A stretch of 63,203 bases of DNA, the filler included, from Intoshia linei (taxonomy: Eukaryota; Animalia; Orthonectida), in the NCBI GenBank assembly GCA_001642005.1. It is 10 parts of 10 records of this genome, joined end to end, with 100 filler letters (N's around TTAATTAATTAA, not from the genome) between each part and the next. Parts side by side here need not be neighbours in the genome. Positions count along the whole stretch, not along the records: positions 1 to 16,621 come from LWCA01000848.1; positions 16,722 to 26,872 come from LWCA01001299.1; positions 26,973 to 32,138 come from LWCA01001818.1; 7 more parts are not named here. The stretch is one strand, 5' to 3'. A model generated the notes under the pieces. It was not told the DNA's origin and did no database searches. It saw nothing but the letters and a program-made list of their open reading frames with translations. A program made the position numbers and the translations under genes. Below, one piece after another: positions 14,588-29,280 of the stretch. Every line of letters starts with the position of its first letter. Positions within the stretch are counted from its first letter, which is position 1.

Positions 14588-15230
14588 CCTTAAGGCTTAG
14601 TAAAATTGTATTTTTTATTTTGTGGTTTCATTAAGTGGATTTTTTTCATAAGGTCTGGTAAAATCGAATTTTTCGCTGAGGGCTCGAAATTTTATTTTTT
14701 ATTAAATTTTATTAATGGTGGGATAAAAGTGGGATTTTTGAAATAATCATGTATCTGTCGTCGGGGCTTTGGGATAAATTCCCAACATCTGGCATCTCTG
14801 TAATAAATATTAAAAATTCTCATATAAAAATAAACCCAAGTTGATGAAATTTTTGGAATATTTTATATGAACTTCACGGACGCTCATGGATAGTTTTTGA
14901 CGACTCTGTATCAACTGATGTATGTAGACAATGTCTACTAGACATTAGTTAATTTAAAGTTTAGTGTTTTTCAACTGGGAAGGCCAACTAATTTTGAGTG
15001 AGCTAAAGGAAAATTTAAAGAAAAAAAAGAAGAAAAGCATTTAACTATATTAATTTTTCAAGACCAAGATTTTCAGTAAACACCAACACAAAGATTTTAT
15101 TATTTTCAATATTAGCAAGTATGCCAAAATTTTTAAATTACTTCCAAATTTGACAAAGGAATAAAGGTTGAGAAACTAAAAATAAAAACAATTGAAATAG
15201 AATAATATTTACTTTTATACAAAACAACGA

Positions 15231-15723
15231 TTAATAACGATTATGGTGGAAAAAACAATTATAAATACTAACAGATTTTTCAAAGGAATTAGTTTTCCAT
15301 TGATGCGAAAGTAATTTCATTCTGTCTGCGTTTAATTTGGCATTCTTGTAACCACTAAAAAAATATTCAAAAAAGTATTGCATCTCTAATATGTCATGAC
15401 AAAGAAATGTGGGCCACGAAAATAATAAAATATTTACAGAGGACTATAATACATATATCATATGCACTAAAAACGTTGAGAACCGATGATTTCTAGTATT
15501 CTCTATAATATAAATTAGTGTTAAATTTTCTAATTCTCAGGAATTGAATAGGAAAGTGTATTAGTAATAATATTAACATGTAAAAATACATCATGATTTC
15601 TTCTCCATGCGGAGAAAGATAAAGAGTTCCCCATTCAATTATACATTGTTTATAAACGACATAAATCATTGTCGTTGTGAGATTAAGATAAATATTTACA
15701 AAATATCCGCAATCTTTTGAATG
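15231..15723 (-). CDS. C-terminal two exons of a UBR-family E3 ubiquitin ligase (UBR3-like)
   Basis: Exons 15723-15590 and 15354-15231 join in phase: HSKDCGYFVNIYLNLTTTMIYVVYKQCIIEWGTLYLSPHGEEIM-IGYKNAKLNADRMKLLSHQWKTNSFEK..*. This matches the recalled UBR3 end H...CG.G.GIFL..WGSVYLDAHGEED..ERYKVLEQQW. Upstream exons were not found before the gap. Confidence 0.75.
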
Positions 15724-16046
15724 CTAAAATAAAATTACAAATATAACTTTTAACGTGTTCGTTTTTGACAAAACTTTACATTTGATAAAATTTTACCTCT
15801 TACCTTGAACAGGGTATTTGATAAACCTCATAAAAAAAATTTTCAAAAAAATTGTTGTTTTTTTAATTCTGGGATGCTTATTTAAATTTAATTAAACGGT
15901 AACATATACGCATAAGACAATCAATTTTATATAAGTAAACACTTTTTTTTATGAGAAAAACCCATTTTGCATGTGGATGCCTTTTTTGATTTTAAGCATT
16001 TATCACCCAAAAAAATAATTAATCACAGATTATAGATTATTAAATT

Positions 16047-16621
16047 GACTGTTATGTACTACGTACAAACAGAACCTAGCTCTGCCGAGAGCACATTTTT
16101 ATTATACAAAAAAATAAATTCACAGTGAAAATCCAACTAGAAAATCCTACTATTCACTATTATCAATCCTTTAAAGGAGTGTTTCCCAAATTTGTTTTAG
16201 GTGGAACCATCATATCACATTATTTTTTACTTTAAAGTGAATATTTTATATTAAAAACAATTGTTATCCTATTTTTTTAATTTATTAGACCGAATGTGTG
16301 TATAATATTAAAAATAAAGTAAAAACAGTCCAATCCTAAAAATTGTCATAAATAGCATAAATTCCAGATAAAATAAAATTATAAAAACCTATTTTGCATT
16401 TTCATATTATGTAATGATATATATTCAGTATCAATTTAATAAATACTTAAAAATACCAATTATGTATCAATAATTAACCGAATCTTCACTTTATAAATAT
16501 ATTTTAAACGAATTTACCAAATATTACAAAGGATTGTAATCAATATAAAAATGATATTAAAAAAGTTTTTTAGTTTCGTTGTTTAGTTTTTATTTAAATT
16601 TGTATTCAAAATATTTTGAAA
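16047..16621 (-). mobile_element. Helitron family copy (3' portion, runs into gap)
   Basis: Near-identical to 46195-46800 over about 570 bp and carries the 3' hairpin. Confidence 0.7.
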
Positions 16622-16721
16622 NNNNNNNNNNNNNNNNNNNNNNNNNNNNNNNNNNNNNNNNNNNNTTAATTAATTAANNNNNNNNNNNNNNNNNNNNNNN
16701 NNNNNNNNNNNNNNNNNNNNN
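16622..16721. other. Artificial contig linker (one of nine)
   Basis: N-run, TTAATTAATTAA (stops in all six frames), N-run, 100 nt in total. Also at 26873, 32139, 34754, 36265, 47033, 50689, 53192 and 55223. Confidence 0.97.
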
Positions 16722-17899
16722 AAAAAAAGTTAATCTTCATAGACAACAATTTTTTCCTACACAGTTGTATTGATCTACAATATATTAATGTACCGTTATC
16801 AAATCACAAGATCACAAGACTTAACGTTTCTATGTATACAAGTAACCACCATTAGATCATTTTATATGCAAGGGTCTCCGTTATTATGTCTAAAACGTCT
16901 ATTGGCTATTCTACTTCCATTTTTAACGAGGGTTTGATGTCAGTTTATAATACTTATTTTAGCATGGCATTTATTTAATTAAATGAATTATTATATACTT
17001 TTTTTTATACATAAATGGTTTTTTTAAATTGTCTTATAAACCAATATATTATTTTGTTATATTAAACATTACTTTCATACTTAATGAATATATGTAGTAT
17101 GCTTTTGACTGTTACGTATATACTACTAACAGCATCTAGCTTCATCTTCGGAAATAGTTTTTTTTGCAATTTTATTTTTTTTCATTACAAATGGTTAAAT
17201 GTGATTGTAATGTAAGTTTATTAATTTAAGTATAAATCAATTAATAAATATTTTAATGTACATAAAAATATATTTGGAATTTCTGTTGTTGATTTCAAAA
17301 TGCACAAATGATATTTGATTGATAATATAGTAATTCGTTACTAAGAGTAAAGTTAGTAGCATTTTACAGTGATTTTTAACGTATACTAATATTACATTAT
17401 GCAACATTACAAATAAAAATTTACATGAATTTAAATTTTGGTGTGGTGTATTTTTTTGATATTATTTAAACATAACTATAAGTATAGTTACAGTTCATTT
17501 ATTATTTTAATGTAAATAAAACACAAATACATAAAATACGATGAATTTTGTCTATTTTAGTTTGTTAGTTGGTTTTAGTCAGTTAGTTTGTAAAATATGT
17601 TGATATTTTTAAGAATATATGATGTGTTACTTTTTCCAGATTATTTATTTAAAGATTAATATTTTCATATTTAGTAAGACTAATTTATTATGTATAAATG
17701 TTAAGCATTAATAATTTAATATTTACATATAGTTTGAATTGGACACGTATATATGGTGTAGTGATTAATGTACCTCTAAATTATTAATGCAGATTGTTGA
17801 CAATTAAGAAAGTTATGGGAAAGTATTATTATTTATAATTGGAAAATAGCAAAAAATGCAAATTTTATTATTGTAATAAATTATAGTTAAAAATGATTC

Positions 17900-19955
17900 T
17901 TGGTCGAATCCTATTACGTTTGGTTAAATTGAAAATCAGAGATTTAATAAAAAAATATACATTATTTAAAAATCCTAAATATTACTACGAATTTTAAGAA
18001 AGTTGGGGAAGCATATTCATGATTAGAGATAAAAATATACTAATTAAAACGATGAATATGAACGTTTTTTGAAAATACAAATTATTTTGTAAGGACAATG
18101 TGGTGTATGTTTTAATTGTTTTGGTAGTTAGACCGTAATAATTGCAAAATTGAAAAAGGACAAAGATTTTGATGTTAAATTAGAATCAATAGTTAAGCTT
18201 TATTCTGTTAATTTGATCTATTAAGATTATTTACCTCATTATAAAGTTTTAAAAAATATGTCAGTCAAGTGTGACAAATTAGTTAAAGCATCACTATCTG
18301 CATATGTTTCAGTTCTAAAGGTAAAACAAATTGTAGAAATTTGGAACTGAAATGAATGTACCTTCAAAAATTGGTATTTTTAGAGCCCAAATTATTGAAT
18401 TGAATTGTAAAAAAATATCACTTAAATATATTTTAAACTTATTTGACCGTGATTTGTGTCTTTATTTTGACGAAAAACGAACTATGGGCTATCAAAAATT
18501 AGAGAAATGTGTAAAACAGGGTGTTATCTGTATGTCAAGTAATATCGAGATTAGATTATCATATTGCATTTTTCTAAAAACATTAGATAATGCATAAGAT
18601 GCAATAATGCGTAACACCATACTTGACACATTAGAAGAATATAATATCACAAATAACATTCAAATGATTGTATGTGACACAACTTATGCTAAAACGGCGA
18701 ATATAAATGGGGTCGCAAATTTTAAAATGAAATCTTTGACTCAACCGATTGTTTATGAAGGCTGCAGAGTTCATGGTTTAGACCTATTAATGAAGCATAT
18801 TTTGAACCACACATTTGAATGTAGTACGGTATGACCAACTTTGAAATTCCCATTCGTTGTCGAAATTATTAATGGTAATTACATTGGAACAACCAAGATA
18901 AAAAATACCCTACAATTGAATGGGCAATAGAGAGATGATTATTTAGAACTTTTCAATCCTACCAGTGCGTACTTAACACAAAGATCAGAAAAAAAAATTA
19001 TATTAAATTCAAGTATCCTGAGCCAATATCAAATGCGAGATGGAATTCATAAGCAATTTATGCAGTAAAGCCATATTTGTTAGGAATACGTAACTCAAAA
19101 ATGTTTGAAGCATGCGATTTTGTATGTTATTATTGAGTGAAATCTTTATTGACTTGTAGGTAAACCTAATATTTTCATTATATAATATAAATAACTATAA
19201 TAATTTTAGATATTTAGATATGGCTTATTCTCTTTTTTCAAGATTCTATGAATGGTCGATTTATTAACATTAAAGCTTGACGCTATTTTAGACAATGTTT
19301 TATTTTTTAATCGCATCATAAATACTCTTTGAATGTCCTCTTCAGATAAATGAAATTTTCAATCTGTCATAAAGCTAAAAATTAAATATTTGATAATTGT
19401 TATGTACAAAAATATCATGTGATCATTAAATAAAAAAAATAATTACAATTAATATCAAATAAAGCGTAACAATGGATGATAATTGAAAAGTTGCGTTATT
19501 TTTGAAACATTTATTATTTAAAATTTAGTTTTTTTGCTATAACATTTTTTAATTAAAATATTTTGTGATTATTTAAATTAAATATAATGTAATATCATTT
19601 GTACTAATGTCAAATTTAATCTGTGAGCACAAAAATAATTATACAAATTATTTACAGAGCTTTTAATAATGTTGCGTTATTTTTGAAACGGAGTGTATAT
19701 TTTTTTCTCTTTAGAGATCGTTATTTATCTTTATCTAAATACAAATTGTAATAACATATTTTACATATATATACATAAATTTATTTTTTATATATTTGTT
19801 AATCTTAAAATATTTACTATTTTTTTCATATTAACATTTATATCATATTCATGTCAAAAATGCGTATTTAATAGTCATCTTACCTTATTTAAATATACGC
19901 TTAGTAAAATGTACTTTATTTAATTCAACCGAAAGTTTAAAAAGTGGACACCCTA
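17900..19955 (+). mobile_element. Degenerate hATm-like DNA transposon
   Basis: Broken ORFs with LYFDEK, IVCDTT..T..ING, GCRVH.LDLL, RDDYLE and ARWNS*AIYAVK motifs; right end ...ggacacccta is the reverse complement of TAGGGTG. Confidence 0.6.
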
Positions 19956-21738
19956 ATATATATGTATTTAATGTAGAAAAATTGAACGAGGTACTAAATG
20001 GCATTGTTACAAGGGATTTTTAAACATTTGTTTTTCTATACTATTTTTTTAAAAGATAGTATTGACAACCATGAACTATATCAAAATCTTTGCAACGTAG
20101 TAAAATTATTATTATTAACCTTTCCATCTACTTAATTTGGTAAGAAAACCTTTATGATAGGAAATTATATTAAATCTCATAAATGGCATTAAATACATCA
20201 AACTAAAGGTTGTGTTTTAAAATTACCTTAACTTAATGTATGTTTAAATATATATATATTTTAATATGTTTAAAATATACGGCTACTCATATTAAAAAAA
20301 AGTTTATTTAGTCATCAATATTGTGTTCATTTGTAGTTAATGATAAATTTTATCTTTTAAAATCTTTTAAAAAATATTACATCTTTATGTCTGATAATTT
20401 TATTCATGTGGAAAATTGGTGATTCTGTTATAAAGGTCGAAAAACACAGATTTATATCAATGCGGATTGATGGATTTATTAAATTATGATAATTTTTTCG
20501 GATTCAATATATGCAGTCAATTTGTGACGTGACTTGACAATTTGGATTATGTTATATTAATTTATTATTTATAATTATTTTAAATGTTCGTTTTTGTCAG
20601 GATTAATGTTATGCTAATATTAATTGGATTAATATCACTGGCAACTTATACTAACGGATATTAGTCTTTAATAGCAGATAATACATAATTATAATACTAG
20701 ACATCATTATTTTATTCACTCTGCTAATTCAACTCAGTTCAATAGCGTATATTTGATAAGTACTATATTATTGACTTGATGTTTAATATAGCCTGCGTTT
20801 ATTACTTTATCAAATATATAATTTGTACCGCCTTATTTTTATATTACTGTAAAAAATTAATTATATTATCGATCGAATGAAACAGTGAACATAACGTCCA
20901 TTAGTGTCAAAATCTAAATCGTATTAAACAGTTAGCATAAAAGGAAATCGATGAATAAATAAGTTTTATTCTTATGTATGTATCCAGCGTTGTGAAAAGA
21001 AAACTTTACAATTATATAGGTAGTTATTACGTCAATTTTAGTAATAATTTTTTAGAATCTAATAACCAATTATTTCATATATGAAATTATTATTGGGAAT
21101 AATCCGACTTTTATTTATTCACGGTATTTAAGATTTTTATATATTTTTTATCTATAATCAGTTTTGTATTTTTTTATATATTATAATACTTTTAGCCGTT
21201 AATTTTGAATTACACAATATTTATACATTCGTATAAATCATATTTGACATTGTGCCTTACATTTTTACATTTATTTAGGATTGGTTCTTATGATGTAACA
21301 GATTACAATTTGTTAAATTAATCTATTTCCACTCACATATTATTTATTGGCACACCATATAACTTAATTTAAATAATTATATCATTGTCTGTTATTAACC
21401 ATATCATATTACCCACATATATTGTTTTTCATTCCGACATAGTCGAGGATTCTTATTATCTCCCATAATTCAATTAACTTAATTTAAACAAATTTATTTT
21501 AATTACCTGAATTCGAAAATGGATATTGATTATTCATATTAAAAGTTTAGTTATTATCCTCTTTATAAATCATTGAATATTAGACACAGCCTTGAGGCAC
21601 ATCACATTTATCAATTATGTAAAAGCTTTTATTTTCAAGTATACTTATAATGGCATAAAAATGATAATTTGAGTTTCTAATATAGTTTATCCTTTCTAGA
21701 GTACTTACCACATCATAAGTTTACCATTAATAAGTTTT

Positions 21739-24700
21739 ATGGATTATGTCACTACTTTTATATAAATTTTTCTTTATTTGAATAAATTATGTGGTATTTT
21801 TGTTTCATGTATTAAATTTTTTATACTACACATACATGACTGTTTTACGTTTTGTGATTAATTTTTTATTATAATTTTATAAATTTTTGAAATTTTATTT
21901 AATTTGTTGTATTTTTTTAATACATTATAATTGTAATATGTTTTACCATTAATAATGTTTTTATATAGATCTATATTCGACTACTGATTTTGTTAATTTT
22001 GAAAATATGAATTTACCTAAATTTATCAATACGTTCAATTACAACCTTAAGAATGGTTTAATTTTGGAGAAAATTGAACATCCTAGTTTTTTAGAAATGT
22101 CAAATTTCAAGTTGTATAACAAGGATTATTCTTTTCTTAAGTGTTCTTTTGTCAATGAATTTTATTTTTCTGATTCGCATAAAAATTTGCATTTGTGTTA
22201 TAACATTTTTAATTCAAAATTAAAAGACGTTCGAGACACCACAAATATGAATATTCATAATTTTTTACATTTCAACGATTCTGGAATTACATTCAATTTT
22301 ATTTTGGAAAATGAGTCTCGGTTTTTATCTTTTAACTCCTATTCATTCAATTTAAAAATCTCTGTTCCTATAATAAAAATTACTAATTTAAACTTATATG
22401 CGATGAACCGTTATAAAGAAAAAAATGAACATAAGCCACAATCTTTGATGAGATATGTACATTTTCAAAAAAATTTTGATAGGTCATATAAAAATTATTC
22501 CAACATCAACAATTCTAATTACGTCACTTTAATAGAACACGGTGTAACAAGAAATAATAATACTTTTATCAAGGACAATGTAAAAATTCATATAAATGTG
22601 GCCAATCATGTAATAAACAGGGAAAAACCCGTTCTAAATGTAATATTTACATTAATGGAAGTCAAAAATGTATTTTATTTTGATGTTAAACAAAGAAATT
22701 CACATAAAAAGGGTTTGTGGTGTGCATTCATTTATGCCGAAAACATTAATGAAAATTTGGTTTCGAATTGTATATTAGAATACGTTTTTTCAAACAACAC
22801 TGTGTATTTTGGTGGTGCGAGTTGTTTAACTTCTCTAAACATTCCTACTTCATGGTGGAAAAATTCTCAGTCACAATCGAATTATGTGGCAAAAACATTT
22901 AAATTGTTTTATAGTATTCAGTATCATGTTATCGAAAATGAATGTTTAAAACCAAATTTTGGAAAAAGATTTTTTTTGTCAATTATTTCGTTATCTAATG
23001 AATATTCATTTTACAATCAGATAGAAAATGCCAAATTTATCATACAAATGCCTCAAAACAGTTTTAAACCAACACAGAAAGTTTACACAATTCTTAAATA
23101 TACTGATAAGCTTAGCAATTTTAAAGATACACGTCTTATGTATATATGTTTTTGCATTTTTACAATAATTTTAGTATTAAATCTCAAGAGGGAGTGAAAA
23201 TAGAAATGATAGAAAATAAAAATCCTTCAATTTGGGATATTAATTTTAAAATATATAACAAAAAACTGGCAGCGGTTGTAGACATTTCTCTTAAAGAAAA
23301 TTATGACAGCTATACTTCTAAAAATTTAAAGTAAGTTTTAATTCATATTTTTTGAACCGTGCACAAATTTATTTTATTTGATAGACTTTAAATTAGGTAG
23401 AGTATTTAGTATTTTAACAATAGAGCATACACCTGTTTTTGACATATTTATTTATAAATTAATATTTTTACATTTTATGTAGAACGATATCAGAAATAAT
23501 ATTACGTGTTGACAAAAAAGATAATTACACGGAAAAATCGAACAATAATTATTTTAAAATTGTTTCAGTGTTATTTAAAACTATTAATTTGGAACCCAAA
23601 GAGAAAAAACTAATTGAGGTCAGAGTAAAAAATCATTCATTTAAAGTGCTCAAAGATTCTGCTTTCAAGAAAAATACAGATCTAAAAAAAGACGATCCAA
23701 ATGTTTTTACAGCTCACATTAAGATTAATCATGATTCAATCACCAATATCATTCCAATCGTTAATGTAGGTTTTTTTTATTGCATATACTTTATCTATAT
23801 TATTTTTTATTCAAACTATTTTTTCAATTTTATTAAAATTATAAATTATATTTATCTACATCAGGAATATCAATTATGGTTCCCAGTTCTGGAATGTTCG
23901 GCTCGCGTTATAATATAAAGTTTCATTCTTATAACTGAATATTTTACTTACTTTTGTTAGATTTTTTATAACAATTACAACAATAATCAATACACTCATT
24001 CCATTATTTTTGTTTATTATTTTATTTTATTAATTAATTAATTAAAATCGTTAGTTTAATAATGGCTTTAGTAAATGTTTTTGTGTTGTGCGGCCCGCCA
24101 AGCAAATTGAGTTTGAAAATTTTCAACACATTTATTATTCATTTCTTTTTTATAGATAATTAGCTGTATTTATATATGTTTAAATAAGTTATAACCAATT
24201 TAAAACTTATGGTAGAAACTTTTCGATAAATTTTTGAAATAATATTACACTAAATAAATGACATTAAATACAGACTATTACACGCTACTTGAATTTTATC
24301 AAACTACATTTGTAATTCATTTTTTTGTTGTGCATATACAATGTACAATGTACATGTAATGTATTATATATATATATATATATATATATTAATTTATATC
24401 TTTTTATGTATATTATACGTATTACATATTTTGTATAATATATTATATTAAACATAGAATAAAGACATTGTAAATTTGGCCATATTTTCTAAAAAAATTA
24501 TCTTTCGAAACATAGTTATTTATGCAATTGATGATAATAACAGAATATTTAATATAAAAAACGATTATTGTAAATGTTATTCAACAAATGAAGATGCGTT
24601 GAAAGTATTACCGTTCTATATTAATTATTACTTATTTTATTTATTTAGGTAGTTAAATCATGTTCAAATGTATATGTGGACGGTACAGAAAAACATGGTT

Positions 24701-24848
24701 CTAGTCTAGTCACCATAATACTGCGATGCAAAAACATTACTAAATTAATTGTATTTAAAGTCTGGTTTCCGTTAATTCCCTTATCAATTCATTTATCTGA
24801 CCCGTATTTATCAAAAATAATTGATAAATCTGAAAGTAATGGAACAAT
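21739..24848 (+). CDS. TMEM132: TMEM132-family ectodomain gene (possibly truncated or a young pseudogene)
   Basis: In-phase exons 21969-23139, 23175-23330, 23483-23765, 24458-24604 and 24649-24848 give CLTSLNIPTSWW, IKSQEGVKI..NPSIWDI and NIIPIVN-NKDIVNLAIF..CKCYSTNEDALK-VVKSCSNVYVDGTEKHG..VWFPLIPLSIHLSDPYLSKI. These match recalled TMEM132 motifs [42 protein letters not shown]. Candidate exon 1 (21739-21793) has an in-frame TAA. Confidence 0.8.
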
Positions 24849-25155
24849 GTAAGTCTATTTTATTACGCTAATTTACACTTAATTTTTAAAAATGATGAAA
24901 ATAAATGTAATTAATTATATAACAATTTGCATTTGTAAATGTTTTCAGATAATATTATTGTCGATTATTGCATATTATATGATAATTTACATTTTGAAGA
25001 CAACTCATATTTTGAAATGTGAGGTATTGATTTTTTATATTACATCTAACATCTAACATCCCTTCAATATAAATTAAAAAACTATAATTAATATTTGAAA
25101 TTATTCGATATTTATTGTGAATAATCATTAGGTACAAATAAACAATAGTCTAAAG

Positions 25156-26872
25156 CAGTGATGAGCAAACTTTAAAAAAATAGTGTCGCTGTTACGGGTA
25201 ACCAAGTTTATTGGGTGTCTTTGAAAAGTTAAAATTTTTTATATTTTTACATTAATGAGATGAGTGGTGTTGCTTAAAATCTAAAATTAGTTTTTCAATA
25301 TCTGGCCGGTAGTTCGAGGTTTTTAAGTATATTTGGGATTGGTTCGACTCGACGCTCAACCGGTTTCTGACTTTTGTATTGTTTAAAACCATTATAGAAA
25401 AGGTGTGCTCGCAGTTGTACGTCGACCTAAAAAACGTCAAGATTTACAAGGCTACTTTTTTTAGGCCTTTGAAGTTGTCTGGCATACTTTTCAACATGTT
25501 AAAACTATGTTTTGCGGACTTTTGTACTCTTCTCTGTCGTAAATTTTTGCTTCGATTTTTTCAAGATGCCAGTTCATTTCTTCAAATTTGTTAAAATAAA
25601 CCACGTTATTTTTCAGGTCGATGAGTTCGGAATCCAAATTTGAACTAATCCAATTAAAAAACTCATAATCATCCAAATTTTCCAATAAATGCGGGGGGCG
25701 CACTACTTTAAAAAGTTTGCTGATTTCTGAGAAGTCTATGAATCGTTGGCTGAAAGTTTCAATTGTCGACGTTAGGAAAGATAAAAACTCTTGTTGTAGC
25801 GTGTTATCGATGTGACAGGTATGTTGTTTTAATAAAGTGAACATACTATAATGTGAGTTTTCAATCTTGCGTTTGATCAAATTAAGTTTTTGAACGAATC
25901 CTTTGACACTACTAAACATTGAATCAATCATAATCCCGTGTCCCTGCAGATGTTTGTTTAGACCGTTGAAAAAAATCGCCATGTCAAATATAAAATATAA
26001 CCTCACTCTCCACGTAACGTCATTTATATGTATAAACTTATCTAACAAATCTTTTTGATCAAGAAAAATTTCAACTTCGTTGATGCACTCACAAAACCGT
26101 TCCAACATTCGTCCCCTAGATAGCCACCTAACCTCCATGTACATTAATAGCCCTTCAACTTCCGCAATTAATTGAATCAGTAATTGCTTAAATTATCTTT
26201 TGTGAAGAGCTCTTGCTAAAATGACATTAATGATTTTGACAACGTTGCTTTGTAGGTTTGTGTAAGTTTGGAAATTTTGTTTGGCCCACAGGGCTTGATG
26301 ATGAATCAGATAGTGGAATGAAAAGATAGGGTGATGTACCTCTCTTTTGAGGAGTTGGATTAACCCATTTAGCCTGCCAATCATCGCCGGTGTGCCGTCT
26401 GTAGTGACAGAAATTAGTTGGTTAATATCAATGTTATTTTTAATAATAGTTTCTTTAATGGAATTTAAATAGTCTTGACTCTTAATTGTCGTAGATAGCG
26501 ACGACAAGTCAATCAGCTCTTCTTCCATTCTTGATGTATGGAATTTGACAATGATGGCTAGCCGTGCTTTTCCACATAAATCCACAATCTCATCAAGACA
26601 CATAGAAAAAAACTGGCAATTTTTTAGGTTATCCGTAATCTGACGCGAGATGTCTCCATGCAAAGCTAGTATTATTCTTTTGACAGTAAAACAAGTCATC
26701 GGAAATTTCTCAACAATTTTTTCCATCTCTGCATTATGAAAAAGAGTTTTTACTGCTTTTGATATAGACTGTTTTAAATAAATTCCGTCCGAAAACGGCT
26801 TGAAGTGTTGAGCAATGTGAAGAGAAAGGTGCAGAGACGTTTCAGTGATACGTTTCCAACTTTTTTCTTCTT
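25156..26872 (-). mobile_element. hAT (Buster/Charlie, GTF2IRD2/SPIN-like) transposon, disrupted transposase
   Basis: ORF pieces FSMCLDE, SVTTDGTPAM, FHYLIHHQAL, VRWLSRG, LNKHLQG and STYNCEHTFS..RNRL..HHSSH; terminus cagtgatgagcaaact at 25156 preceded by gtctaaag; left part lost in gap. Confidence 0.9.
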
Positions 26873-26972
26873 NNNNNNNNNNNNNNNNNNNNNNNNNNNN
26901 NNNNNNNNNNNNNNNNTTAATTAATTAANNNNNNNNNNNNNNNNNNNNNNNNNNNNNNNNNNNNNNNNNNNN

Positions 26973-27081
<109 letters not shown>

Positions 27082-28353
27082 ACTGCTATGCATTATGTAA
27101 TGCAAAGTAGTTGATATTTCAATTAGTATCTTAAATAAATTTATAAAAATATAGTTTTATTTCGAAATAAACAAGAATTTAGTAAATTTATTAGACTTGT
27201 TTGATTCTGTATTATTTATACTTATTTCTCAATGTCCTTCTATTTCTATTGTATTACTATTTTCAATTTTAGTATTTTATTAAACAATTACTGTATGTTT
27301 TGTTTTATTAGTTTATTTACCAACTATACATATTGTTAACAATTTTTTTTATATTGAAACACATTTGGCTATTGAATCGTTTCATTCTAGTTTTATGTCT
27401 TTGATTTGCTAAATAATTGTTATATATTTACAGAAATTATGTACAGAACATTAATTTGTAATAGACTAGACAGTCTAATAATATTTTTAAATGTTAATAA
27501 ATATTTAACTTATAAAATCACATGAAAATTTTTGTTGGTTTATTAAATTTTAATAGACATTTATTTTTTTAAATTAACTTACTTTTTAATATCATATTTC
27601 GTTCAATTTTTTTAATTAATTTTGATTAGATTTGGTGTGTCATGTGCAGTTATGCCAACCATATAAAATTCGGTATGTTAATTTTTTTGTTATTTTTGAT
27701 TAACCTCGTGCAATTTGTGCGAGAAATTGAGTTGAATGAACATAAGTTGTAAATTTAAACTTTGTTTAAGAATCAAGTAAATTCTTTAGTGATTTTTTAT
27801 TTATTGAAAAATCACGTAAATCGGTGTTTTGCTATCGTTGATCTAGTCGAATATGTATTAATTTTATAAAAAATAATGGGTAAACGATAAATACATTTGT
27901 GATTATTACCTTAAGACCATATTACATACCAGTCGGTTATAACAGATGAGTTGATAGTTTTTATTTGAGTAAATATAAAATTGTTTAAATTCATTAACGA
28001 CTTTCTTATAAGATTAATGTATAATTGTAAATGACCAACATGAATTTTATTTTCCCAGATTTGCCAAGCCTACATAGGACCTGATCCAATAATAATTTTT
28101 TTATGAATCACCCTGTTATCTTGATATTTTGCTGAAAGACTGTTGGTCCAAACATTTTAATAATTTGTTTTGTATTGATAGAAAAAATTTATATTATTTC
28201 CATTACTACATGTATTATTATTACATTCTAAATGTGAACCCTAATTCGGTCAAATTGTTACCACGTCAAAAAAACAAAATTTGTAGAATTGGTAAATTTT
28301 GGTCAATATTTTTCAGCTAATGCAATTTTATAATTGTATAAACTCTTTTATAA

Positions 28354-29280
<927 letters not shown>

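Noticed and set aside
21763-21765. Possible TAA reassignment or readthrough (in-frame TAA in TMEM132 exon 1 and upstream of ZDHHC)
   Set aside because: Tubulin, PKG, MRPS7 and the UBR3-like gene terminate at TAA, and long AT-rich exons contain no in-frame TAA/TAG; the standard code fits.
23865-23918. Apparent exon EYQLWFPVLECSAR in the ORF track
   Set aside because: Overlaps a MITE end; TMEM132 homology is continuous when 23765 is spliced directly to 24458.
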